Shown here piece after piece: positions 54,401-64,000 of a DNA stretch of 64,000 bases. Every line of letters begins with the position of its first letter. Within the stretch, counting starts at the first letter, position 1. Location of the stretch: NCBI GenBank assembly GCA_010015585.1, contig ML975151.1; one strand, 5' to 3'. The translations under genes and the position numbers were made by a program. The notes under the pieces are model-generated. The model saw only the letters and a program-made list of their open reading frames with translations. It was not told where the DNA came from and did no database searches. The DNA comes from Eremomyces bilateralis CBS 781.70. Lineage: Eukaryota.

Positions 54401-56291
54401 GCCCCTTCGGAAACGGATTTCTGCGATGCAATGCCAAGGGATCTTGGGACAATCGTCTGCACTCTGAGATTATCTCTGGACCTTGCCCTGCCATCGAATC
54501 GGACTCCCCGTTCCAACAGTGCTGAAAGCTGCATGGTGCTGCATGGATCGGCATAGTTTGTGGCTGTGCGCCACCAAATATATCCCCAGAAAAAGAGGCA
54601 ATCTTTTCAATGCGCAAATGAACTGCCGCATCTCCGAGCGTCTGGCGATCAACTCGATTCTTTGATATTGACCATGGATGAGTCAAACGATACCCACGTC
54701 CTAAAGGTTGTGGCGTGGTGGAGCATTACAAAATCTCCGAGAAATGGCATAGCTCGTCTCGACTTGCCTTATGATCGCCCACGACATGGTAACGGGCGCT
54801 TAGAGGCGAAGGCACCTGTTCCAGAATCCTGACTCACTTCACTCTGGGTTTGCTTCGGCGGAATTCTGATCTGCAATCGCGGGCGCGAATGCAAGAGATA
54901 AACACTTGATCTGGTCCGGAACGGGAGGGTATGATCCCACGGGTAAGGCGTGTTGCTCGATGGACAAACCAGCTTTCTCATCGTCGAGTCTTTCTCCTCT
55001 TCTCTGGCCGCTAGCGGCAAAGGACGGAAGTTAGGACAAGCCGACCACGGAAGGGTTTCAAGACAGACCACCATGAGGGATAATCGCGAACGACTAAGGG
55101 CCAACCATCACCATTTGATCCAGGATACGGGAATATTAGCACCCTTCCCACACCCCCCCCTCTTCTGGCGATTGGGTCCCAATGCAAACCCTGGCCGCAT
55201 GATAAGTTTATCATGTGACGTCGAAGTGGTGTGCTCATGTTCCTTTTCTTGTCGAGTTGCAGATGATTATTTGTTTTGGCGTTGTGATGTGATTTCGGGT
55301 GTGCCAGAGACTGTTGGGAAGCATCATTGAAGGGATTCCAAGGCTCCCTTGACAAGCTCAACATCTTGGGCAAGCACGGTATTCCTAATGTGATTCGAAG
55401 GACGCGATAACGGCATGCAGATACCGAGAGACTGGCAGGCAGTTGTTCGGCCGGAGAATCGAAGTTATGGCCATGACCCGGCTCACGCGATCCTGGATAG
55501 AGATGGGTTTGTTCAGTCCCCGGTCGTTGACGTGATTGAATAGACTATTGCTCTGTTTTGTCGCAGTCGATAATGTTTTCTAGGGAAGTAAGTACGCAGT
55601 TGAAACTACAATATTCACTGCTCCTGGTTAGTATGGGCACTGCAGCTGACGATAACAGGTTTCCCACTTCAGATTGGGTATATGCCTGTCGTTACCCAAA
55701 CGGACGAAAAAATGGAAATGCTCAATAGCCGCCAGGAGTTGGAACCAAGGCAGACTATGAACCGTAGTCTCCTTCCTAAGATATGACCTTGTAACAAGTT
55801 AGTCTCGAGCTAGAAGGCACATGACAGCATGCCGATCCGTCTTAAATCTCCGAAAGCGACATTGACGCCCTGCACCATTCACTGATTATTCTGCGGAATG
55901 GCGACCATCTTGGATATGGCGAAGGTCGAGACTCTCCTACTTTTGATAAAGTAACAATGACTACGGAACGGTGCTCTACGATGATGGTAGAGGACTGATG
56001 CAAGAGAGGAAAGATGGACAGTTGCTTTTCACTGATGCTGTGAACGGGCGTTAACCGTATGGGAAGGGCTTGGTCAACCTGTGAATATAGGTACGATCAC
56101 AAATGACATGAACCTTTCACGTGTTGTCAAACTGGGAAAGTTATCATCATCGAAATGAGTTTTAAATATCTTCTAAGCATCCCCTCACCATCGTACCAAA
56201 TTATCTTCCTATTTTCTTGACGACACTGGGTCAAACAGCCCTCTACTCCCCCTTCTATTACGAAGAACCAAGCCACCGAAGGGTTCAAGGT

Positions 56292-56407
56292 CACAATAGC
56301 ACCCAACTCAATAGCACCCAACACAATAACACCCAACATAATAGCACCAAACATAATAGCACCAAACATAATAGCACCAAACACAATAGCACCCAACTCA
56401 ATGGCAC
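56292..56407 (+). repeat. 15-bp minisatellite, consensus CA(C/T)AATAGCACC(C/A)AA, ~7.7 copies
   Basis: Units read directly; they would translate as HNSTQ/HNSTK repeats. Confidence 0.9.
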
Positions 56408-56425
56408 TTTGCTTCATCAGCTGCA

Positions 56426-57025
56426 GTGACCTACCAAACATGGTGGAACCCATTGATGAAGAAAAGAGAGAGGAAGACACCAGTGGGGCCAGAAAATATC
56501 TGTGTCCACATTGCTTCTACCCCGAAAGAGGCTGCCCGCGAAGTGCTAAAGCAGATAATGATGACTCCCGCGAATGACCTGAAGCTGAAAGCCAACCTTG
56601 GCAATATAGTATGCAGTTATAGGTGGCGGAAAGGCATACCCAAACATATTCTCACTGGCCTGGCTGAGATGATCAATATTAGCTGTTCCATGGGGGAGGC
56701 GGTGAAGATGGCTCTCGAGAAAGCAGCGGCTGAAGCATATGAGTTTGCAATGGAGCCTCCGACCTATTTCTCCATTCTGACCCTCGGCGTTTTGGCTATC
56801 CTCACTCCTTGGATCATTGAAATTTTGGGCTTTGGCGAGTTGGGACTGATTGAGGGTAAGCAACGCACTAGTCTGTACTTTCGACCCCACGACATACTGA
56901 CTGATTGATCAGGAAGCTTTATCGCAGCGTGGCAGTTCTAATGTTCCGGTTTTGCGCCTCGAGGAGCACTCTTCCAATACTTTCAAAGACTCGGAATGGT
57001 ATGGAAGGAGCCGCAGTGGAAGTGA
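56426..57025 (+). pseudogene. Probable pseudogene of a small membrane protein with IFI6/IFI27-like Gly-rich C-terminus (intron 56856-56912)
   Basis: LGVLAILTPWIIEILGFGELGLIEG-SFIAAWQF*CSGFAPRGALFQYFQRLGMVW has an in-frame TAA at 56939-56941 inside the conserved motif. The 5' part has no clean start. Confidence 0.65.
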
Positions 57026-57641
57026 CACGCACACCAGGCCCTTGAGGTATATCCAGCCTCTTTATCAAACTTACAAGCATTTGCAATCCTGACCGCCAAT
57101 ATTATAGCAAATCAAACCGATTACATGATGGAATCGTCGGAGGGATCAACCTGAATGGGGGTAGAGGCTATGAAGTGTACCTATGCAGCTATCTGATAAC
57201 CCAGTCGATCTTAGGGTTAAAAGACGGCCATAATTCACAGTGGACAAATGGAAATCTCGATATGAAATACCGAAGCTTGCCTTATAAGTACCTCCCTCAC
57301 TACAATGATAGCCATATTACGATCAATTTCCGAACACTTACTACTACGCTTCCCCATCTCTCAGACACTGATAGAAAGCAATGTAACGAATTGATTCCTT
57401 GACATATCAGCACTTGAAAAATATCTCTATCCATTGACTATCACGATTATGATGTAACAAGCGTTAGAGTACTATTATTACCCGGACTTATCAAATGACG
57501 GGCGGTCAAGGTAATTATTCTGCTCAGGGGTAATATATCGCCGAGTCATACTAGAGGTATTCGATGCTACGAGGATACATACTCGCACCCTTCCTAATTC
57601 CTAACCCAGCCCCTGCCCGTAATTCCTTCACAACAACAATA

Positions 57642-58796
57642 TCAGTATTTGTGCGATATTAAAATCTTGATGTGGTCGTCCTTTTTGTTGACCAATTCGC
57701 TAAACGCCTTTGGCGCGTCTTCTAGGGAGATCCGGCTTGTTACCATTGACTTAACATTAAAGCTTCCCTTGGCGAATTCATTGACCACCTCTCCAAAGTC
57801 TTTGTCATCATATGCTAAGGTGCATTTTAGGGTGATTTCCTTGAGAATCCAGTGCATAAATGGAGGGACGATCTAAGTGGCAAGTTAGTTCAGCTCTTGT
57901 CAAGTGGCTCGGGTAGCTCACTGGTTTTGCAGCAACGTTGATAAAAAGACCTCTGTTGCGTAACGCATCCATTGCAGCATCCACTCCAGGCTGGGCTCCA
58001 GAGCAGTCGAAGGCAACATCCACTCCGACACCCTTGGTCAGCGCTCTGCATTCGTCGGGTACACTCTGAGTAATCGGGTCAAGCACAACATCAGCGATTG
58101 TTCTGTTCTGCGCCTGTCTTGTCGCAGTCGGCTCAGAAACGATGACCTTGTCCGCCCTAAAATGCTTCAGACAATGGACCATAGCGATTCCTACGGGGCC
58201 GCCACCAATAATGAGGACAGTCTTGCCCTTGAAATCGGGCAGGTCCGCCTGCTTCGCTGCGTGCCAAGCAACAGCCAACGGCTCAATGAGAGCGGCGTAT
58301 TCCAACGGAACAGAGTCTGGAAGAGGATAGCACATTTTCTCATCTACCGTGACAAACTCTGAGAACCCTCCGCCTCCACCGGACAGTCCGTGGAAGCCAA
58401 ACTGGTGGCAGTTGTTCGTGGCCGACGACTGACATCTGGTGCATGACCCGCAGTAAATCCGTGGATCGACCATTACGGCTTGCCCTTCTTTTAGTGAAGA
58501 ATTGGCGGGAGCTTCCTTGACTCGTCCGCAGAACTCATGCCCCATCGTGACTGGCAGTGTCTCTCCTGTCAGCGGATGGGGTCTTCCAGGGACTGGGACT
58601 GCCACCGGCCCTATACTCTGTCAGTGTTGTTCAATATTCTGAATAAGATCCAGGTACCCATCGTGAATTCCGCCAGGTCGCTCCCACATACGCCGCAGTT
58701 CTCGATTTCAATCAGGACTTCGCCATCCTTTCGCACAGGCTTCGAGACGTCAACCACTCTGATATCACCCTTCCCAAAGAATTGCGCCGCTCTCAT
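57642..58796 (-). CDS. Zn-dependent medium-chain dehydrogenase, (R,R)-2,3-butanediol dehydrogenase-like (2 introns)
   Basis: CGVCGSDL, HPLTGETLPVTMGHEFCG, structural Zn CGSCTRC..NNC, ALIEPLAVAWHA and IGGGPVG. Confidence 0.9.
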
Positions 58797-59849
58797 TCTG
58801 TCTTGTCAGTCCCTACAGTCTTCTATCTAGTATTGAAGAAGCGGGATGACTGTGGTCACTGAAAATATCGAGGCCGAATGCTAATATAAAAGGTGGTTGT
58901 TGCAAACAGCGTGAGAGTTTTCGGTTCTCTTTTCCTCCCTTCCACGGTTCCACCACATGGCATCCGGGGACACTTTTATTACTTTATTCGGAAGTTGCGG
59001 AGCCCCGCATCGTCAGGGACAACCGAACAGACAACCTAAATCACTCCGCAGCGGTAACTTACTTGTACCGACAAGGATAGTAAGAGCGGCGGGAACCAAC
59101 ATGGAGCACGCGGGGTAGCTCAGTATTACCAGTAACCTGATACCGACGCTTGGGTACATTCACACCCACACCACGCATGCAGCTACATGTATTGGTGTAA
59201 ATTGTAATGTCTAGTCTTGCACTGATCCCTAAGCTCGCCAATTCTGACGGTTAACGATATCCTTGGGCCATTGGATTGGTCGGAATTGATCGGGCTGAAG
59301 CATACCTCCTGGACTTAAAAAACACTCGATCGTTATTTCAGTTCCTCTCTCGAGATAAAGAATCGCCGCAATGCTTAGGTATCTGTGGGTTGATACCAGG
59401 TCCCGATTGACTACACTGGAGAAGCACACCAAGGGCGCAGTGCCGTCGATCTCGTCCCTGGATGGACCATTAATGAGACCCGAATCTGCTCTCAGATGCA
59501 AACAATGCGGAAGTTCGGGGATTGACCTTGAATGATTGAAAAACCGATGCCACGGTCAAGGATCACCATCTCCGACTCGCATGATTTTGCGAACCTGCAG
59601 ATTTGGATATAAACGGGTTCCTGGAGTTGTTCTCGTTCCCCGTGTCAAGCCCTCGTTTCCTTAGTTTTCCTTTTTATAGTTTTTCTTTTATTTTCGGAAG
59701 CTTTCCAGTTCAAAGTCTGTCAACAATGTTATTGATTTACTTCAGTTTATTCCCGAAATTCCCGTGTTGTTACACTCATTACGTTCAGTTAAGAAGAGAT
59801 AATGCTGGTCGGCACTCGGCCGATGTACAAGAATCCAAACAAATTACAG

Positions 59850-60459
59850 GCTAGTAAGGTCGAACATTTCACAGCGGCTGTCGTGGCTCACTCGTACTGG
59901 GTTTCCAATACCATGCTTCGTCTTCAAACGCCACGGCAGGTTCCCGTTGGTGGGAAGTGCGATTCTGGGAGTATTATTACTCCTTCCTGCATCGTATTGT
60001 CGAACGAAGCCGGCATACACATTTTCACTTCTCGTGGGGAGAAGAAATATACTCTTAACCACTATTGGTTTCCATCGTGATGTGCTTGTTGGTCCGGCAA
60101 GAATAGCATCGAGGACTCTGGGAAGTCGGTGATCTAGGATGTTTCCCGACTGCTGCAAGGCGACACGGAAAGAGCAAGGGTTTGAGCAACTCGGGATACA
60201 TAACGGAGTTGCGAGGAAATTATGGATCATTGGGGATTGCGTCTTAACAATCTCTCAAAAATGGGAGGATGTGTTTTTGGAGTTCTGGGATGTGCAAGTG
60301 TCCTGAGCGTGTACTCACTTCCCTCAGACGACACACTGTATGGCGGAAATTGCTTCGAAGACTAATTGTTGCTTTATTAAATTTAAATTGACTTACGGGG
60401 GATGAACTGCTATAGATTACATCCAGTTTGGTTAGATAGGTTCGTACATTTTGAACCAT
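59850..60459 (-). pseudogene. Possible decayed BTB/POZ-domain gene
   Basis: Fragment LDVIY..FKFNKATISLRSNF..SGHLHIPE..ILPFL loosely resembles fungal BTB starts. Downstream frames are broken by stops. Confidence 0.25.
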
Positions 60460-60659
60460 ATAACTGCCTGGGCTGGATTTATTTGTTAACGCTACAGTAC
60501 CACCACCGTCGTCTACTGCAGGTGTCCCTATATTGCGGATATGTATCTCGTGTCTTCACACATACTCTGACTTGCAAAGCTGATGGATGTATTTATAACT
60601 CCCTTGCAATATACGCAAAGTATTACTTTGCATTGTGGCGCCACAGGCATTGAAACCTA

Positions 60660-61577
60660 TCACTGCGCTGCCCCAGGTGGGATGACGCTCCCAGCCAACG
60701 AAGTATCCAACTTAAAATCGAAATTCGCCAACGCTGCCGTAACGCTCTGCCTATCCGTCCCTGTCAATCCAATCGGCTTCACCACCGTTCCGTCCGGGTA
60801 CTTCGACTTCCAGTTCGCCGGCGGCCAGCTTCGATCCGTCAAAAACTTCGCCGAATCTCCGAGCTGAGGGAGAGCCTTCAAGGTCTTCGCCCCCGCGGCG
60901 GGTGCGGGTTTCCCAGCGAGGAACTTTGCGGTGATATACTGCGCCGCCACCACGTGCAGCACGTTGTCCTCCGCGCCGTAGAGCATGTGCCCCGACGTAC
61001 CTCGCCCGCCGCATGCTTGGTCGGCGGGATCGCAGGTGTTGATGACGCGGTCGGCGTACGCGGCGGGCCAGCCGATGGCGGTGAGTGGGTCACCGAACAT
61101 GGCGAGGGCGAGGATCCGATCCGCGTAGTCGGGCAGGAGCTGGATTGCGCCGTGAGCGATGTCTGCGCCCTGGCTATACCCCGATATACCGAATAGCATG
61201 TCGGGGCACTGCTGTGACCGCTGACGGATCCTCGCAACCAGGTTGTTCACGCCGGTTTGCGGGCTCTGCGGCAGTTGGAAGCTCGCTGGAAAGACAAGAC
61301 CGATGACGTTGACACGGTTGCCGAGTCGCTGGACGAGTTGATTCTTCAAGTTGGGCCCGAGACGGGAGCCGAGGGAGGCCGGTTCGGTGGTGCCGCGGCC
61401 GTGGATCCATTCGAGGGCAAAGCATTCAGCGCGATCAGCCGTCGTGGGGCCGGAGTTGCTGGCGCCCGGTTCCAGAGAGGAGGATGGGAGGCCGAGGAGC
61501 GCGCCGAGATCGAATTGGGGTGCCGCGAGGGAAGGAATGGCAGTGCCTAAGACGGCCAATGCTAGGATCGACCGCAT
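60660..61577 (-). CDS. Secreted cutinase (CE5 family)
   Basis: Signal peptide, GRGTTEP, catalytic GYSQG, MFGDP, CDPADQAC and GHMLY (Ser-Asp-His triad). Confidence 0.93.
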   Translation of the reverse strand: MRSILALAVLGTAIPSLAAPQFDLGALLGLPSSSLEPGASNSGPTTADRAECFALEWIHGRGTTEPASLGSRLGPNLKNQLVQRLGNRVNVIGLVFPASFQLPQSPQTGVNNLVARIRQRSQQCPDMLFGISGYSQGADIAHGAIQLLPDYADRILALAMFGDPLTAIGWPAAYADRVINTCDPADQACGGRGTSGHMLYGAEDNVLHVVAAQYITAKFLAGKPAPAAGAKTLKALPQLGDSAKFLTDRSWPPANWKSKYPDGTVVKPIGLTGTDRQSVTAALANFDFKLDTSLAGSVIPPGAAQ

Positions 61578-62196
61578 GATAGATGTTTGGAGGTTATGGA
61601 CAGAAGAACGGTGCCCTTGAAGAAGAATAAAACGAGTGACTGGAAGGGAAGAAGGGAGTTTCGCTCAAATAGACGCAAAATAGAAACAGAAACAGCACTT
61701 ATAGACGTCTTTGCAGCTCAACTTACAACACCGATGTTTGAGGTCAAAATTAATGATGTCAAACCGAGCATTCTACGGCAAAGAAAACCGGCATGTTATC
61801 AATTCTGATTCGATCAACAATGAAACGGCAGGATTGGTTACTCGGTAGACTTCCGAGGGTTAGATATAGGCGGCTGTCGGAGCCCTAAATGAATGTCCAG
61901 GTAGGTAGATGGAAACAAATGAATTTGAGAAAGATAGATCGAGGCTAATGAACAATCGACTGGGAAATATACGCGTCCAAGAGGCTTGAAGATTAACCTG
62001 GGGTAGTTAATTAGGGCTGGATTTGCAAGGATCCTAACTCGGATTCGTTCGCGTCTGAAATAGATGTATGCGATCCACCAGTAGGCAAATAATTCGGCAG
62101 ATGTTCCGTAATTGCCGTAAGCTGCTATTCAACAAGTATTTTAATTATAGAAGACCCGCTCTCGTAAGTGGTGAAACTTTGGATTAGTTGATTCCT

Positions 62197-63264
62197 TTAG
62201 ATTTTAGATCCGCGTTTGGCTATTCACCCAGTCAGTTTGCGAACACATGACACCGAGTATCTTGGAAAGGAGGGATATGGCCACTTACATTCCAAAAGCT
62301 TCTTCTTGGCCGCAAATCTCGCGGCCGGCGCATCCTCGACGAACCTCTCGGACAACGCATCCATCGCGTTGGTGACGGCCACAATCCTCCCATCCCTCAG
62401 CGGCGCATTTTGCAACCTCTTCATCTCTATCATGCTCTTCCCATCATTGACATCCAGCTGATCCTCCAAGAACTTCACCACGTGGGCATGGAAGCCCTCC
62501 TTCGGGAAGATGCGGTTTACCATTCCCCACTGCTCCATCTCCTGCACGGTCACTTGCCGTCCGAACATGAGGAAATCGTTCGCCCGGTGCACACCGATGT
62601 GCTGTGAAAACCCGATCGCGCTTCCGTTCTCGGGAACAAGGCCGAGTGCGGAGAAAGGGACCTGCATATATGCACCCTCGGCGGCGAGGACGATGTCGGC
62701 GAAACCTTGGACCCAAGCGGCACCTCCGCCGACGCCGGGGCCGTTCATAGCGAGGACGAAAACCTTCTTATGGTCGATGATGGATCGGAGGAGTTCATAA
62801 GCTTGATTCTGTTAGCGTCCACTTAGTCGTACTGGAGCCACAATGGTCGTTTACTGGGGAGGAAGCCCTGAAGAAAAGAGAGCTTCTTCTCGTGAAGGCT
62901 GTTGAATTGCTGGGGCGTGCCGGTGCCATGGGCTAAAAGAGGTAAGTTAATATGCTCTTCCCGTATATGAATAACTTGGTTACCCTTCACATCTGCGCCG
63001 GAGGAGAAGAAACGTCCCTCGCCAGTGAGTACTGTAAAGACAGTGTCCGGATGCTCATTGAGCTCCCGGATGGCACCAACAGTGTCTTGGATCAGGTTTC
63101 CACCAAACGAGTTAAGGGCTTTAGGGCGATTGAACTGCCATATGTCAGATCGGTTACATGTCCATTCTAGCAGTAGTAAACGAGAGGCATTCGCGGACCT
63201 TGATGATACCAATCTGGCCCTTGATTTCCACAATAATATCGGTGTACTTGTTCTTGAAAGTCAT
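62197..63264 (-). CDS. Peroxisomal delta3,delta2-enoyl-CoA isomerase (crotonase family), multi-exon
   Basis: FNRPKALNSFGG, VLTGEGRFFSSGADV, NGPGVGGGAAW and PFSALGLVPENGS. The spliced C-terminus SKRGSKI* ends in a PTS1-like SKI. Confidence 0.9.
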
Positions 63265-63759
63265 CTTGAATCAAAATATAAAGAACTAGGACTGTATAGT
63301 ACAAGCGTTTCTCACAACAGGAAGGTTCACAAGACACAGCACTCTCAAATGGTTGCAGAAGGATAGCCAAAGATGTAAGATAGTCAGTAGAATTGGTCCC
63401 AATATTGAATGCGCCAGCAAATAGTTAAAGATATTTGAGTTATCCAAAGCTTGAAGATTGAGAAATGGGAATGGAAACCCCGCGTAAGCTACAGCCAGAT
63501 TCGGGGCCAATACACGTTCCCGTCGGCTTGGAGCCGGAGTGTGGAGATGTGCAAAACCGAGAGAGAGCCGAGGACTAAGGAGCATATTAATGGAGTCAGC
63601 CAAAGACCCCACCGGCCACCAGTCATCACGAGCGTAGCGGGTTGCTTCAGTGGTCGAGTCAATACATATCCTCCTTTGCCCTCTGATTGGCTAGTCAGGG
63701 GTTTGTGAACTTAAACTACGTGACTTCCTCTCTACTACTCTTCCTGATCTACAACCCTC

Positions 63760-63927
63760 CTTGGTCTTGTTCGATAACTATTTTAGCTAAATTGATATTA
63801 CTTTCATTTGAAGGCAATTGAACTTGTTGTTGTCGAGGCATCGCGAAAAAAACGGTGATAATCGTTATTTCGGTGGTGAAGTGGCTAACTCGGTGGTTTG
63901 GCTAGCTCGGTGGTAGATTTCCTACGT
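63760..63927 (-). mobile_element. 5'-terminal remnant of a pogo/Fot1 (Tc1-mariner) DNA transposon
   Basis: The minus strand begins TA|ACGTAGGAAATCTACCACCGAGCTAGCCAAACCACCGAGTTAGCCAC: an ACGT terminus, flanking TA and internal direct repeats. ATG at 63841 encodes MPRQQQVQLPSNESNINLAKIVIEQDQ, like a Fot1-type transposase N-terminus, with a stop at 63749-63751. Confidence 0.7.
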
Positions 63928-64000
63928 TATTAACTACTGATCACTTTATTATTACTCCCCACATGGGCCTCGCAGAGAGGCCCAAGGGGCGTATGAATCT

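Noticed and set aside
59105..59180. GGGGTAGCTCAGT resembling a tRNA 5' end/A box
   Set aside because: No T-loop (GTTCRA) or acceptor-stem pairing downstream.
62012..62021. TAGGGCTGGA, a 10-bp match to the hAT MITE TIR
   Set aside because: No correctly oriented partner TIR, TSD or TATTCG array; could be chance or a very degraded end.
57642..63264. Dehydrogenase-cutinase-isomerase as a cutin catabolism cluster
   Set aside because: Co-oriented but separated by long gaps, with no regulator or transporter; the functional link is speculative.

Overview
A 64 kb piece of a filamentous ascomycete (Pezizomycotina-type) nuclear chromosome, judged from the short GT-AG introns with CTAAC/CTGAC branch sites and the fungal gene families. 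About 19 spliced or single-exon genes can be reconstructed. Many are housekeeping: a Sac7/Bag7-like RhoGAP, NAT3, RPS27, DIB1, LAS1, RIA1/EFL1, TEM1/Spg1, EBP2, U1-70K and MRPL51. The others are two SAM-methyltransferase-fold proteins, a butanediol dehydrogenase, a cutinase, an enoyl-CoA isomerase and two conserved hypothetical proteins. The most notable accessory items: (1) a ~936-aa protein fusing a metal-binding cupin, TPRs, ankyrin repeats and a C-terminal HET/TIR-like domain, a candidate one-protein sensor/effector for immunity or allorecognition; (2) a secreted protein with a His-His / His-x-His / Met pattern like two-copper monooxygenases; (3) an intact 501-bp hAT-type MITE with 18-bp perfect TIRs and an 8-bp TSD upstream of RPS27; (4) a truncated pogo/Fot1 transposon end; (5) a Las1 with a variant HEPN motif; (6) a cluster of 5' splice-site-like motifs in and downstream of the U1-70K gene; (7) a pseudogenised IFI6/IFI27-like gene. 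All calls come from manual translation and motif recognition; no database searches were run.
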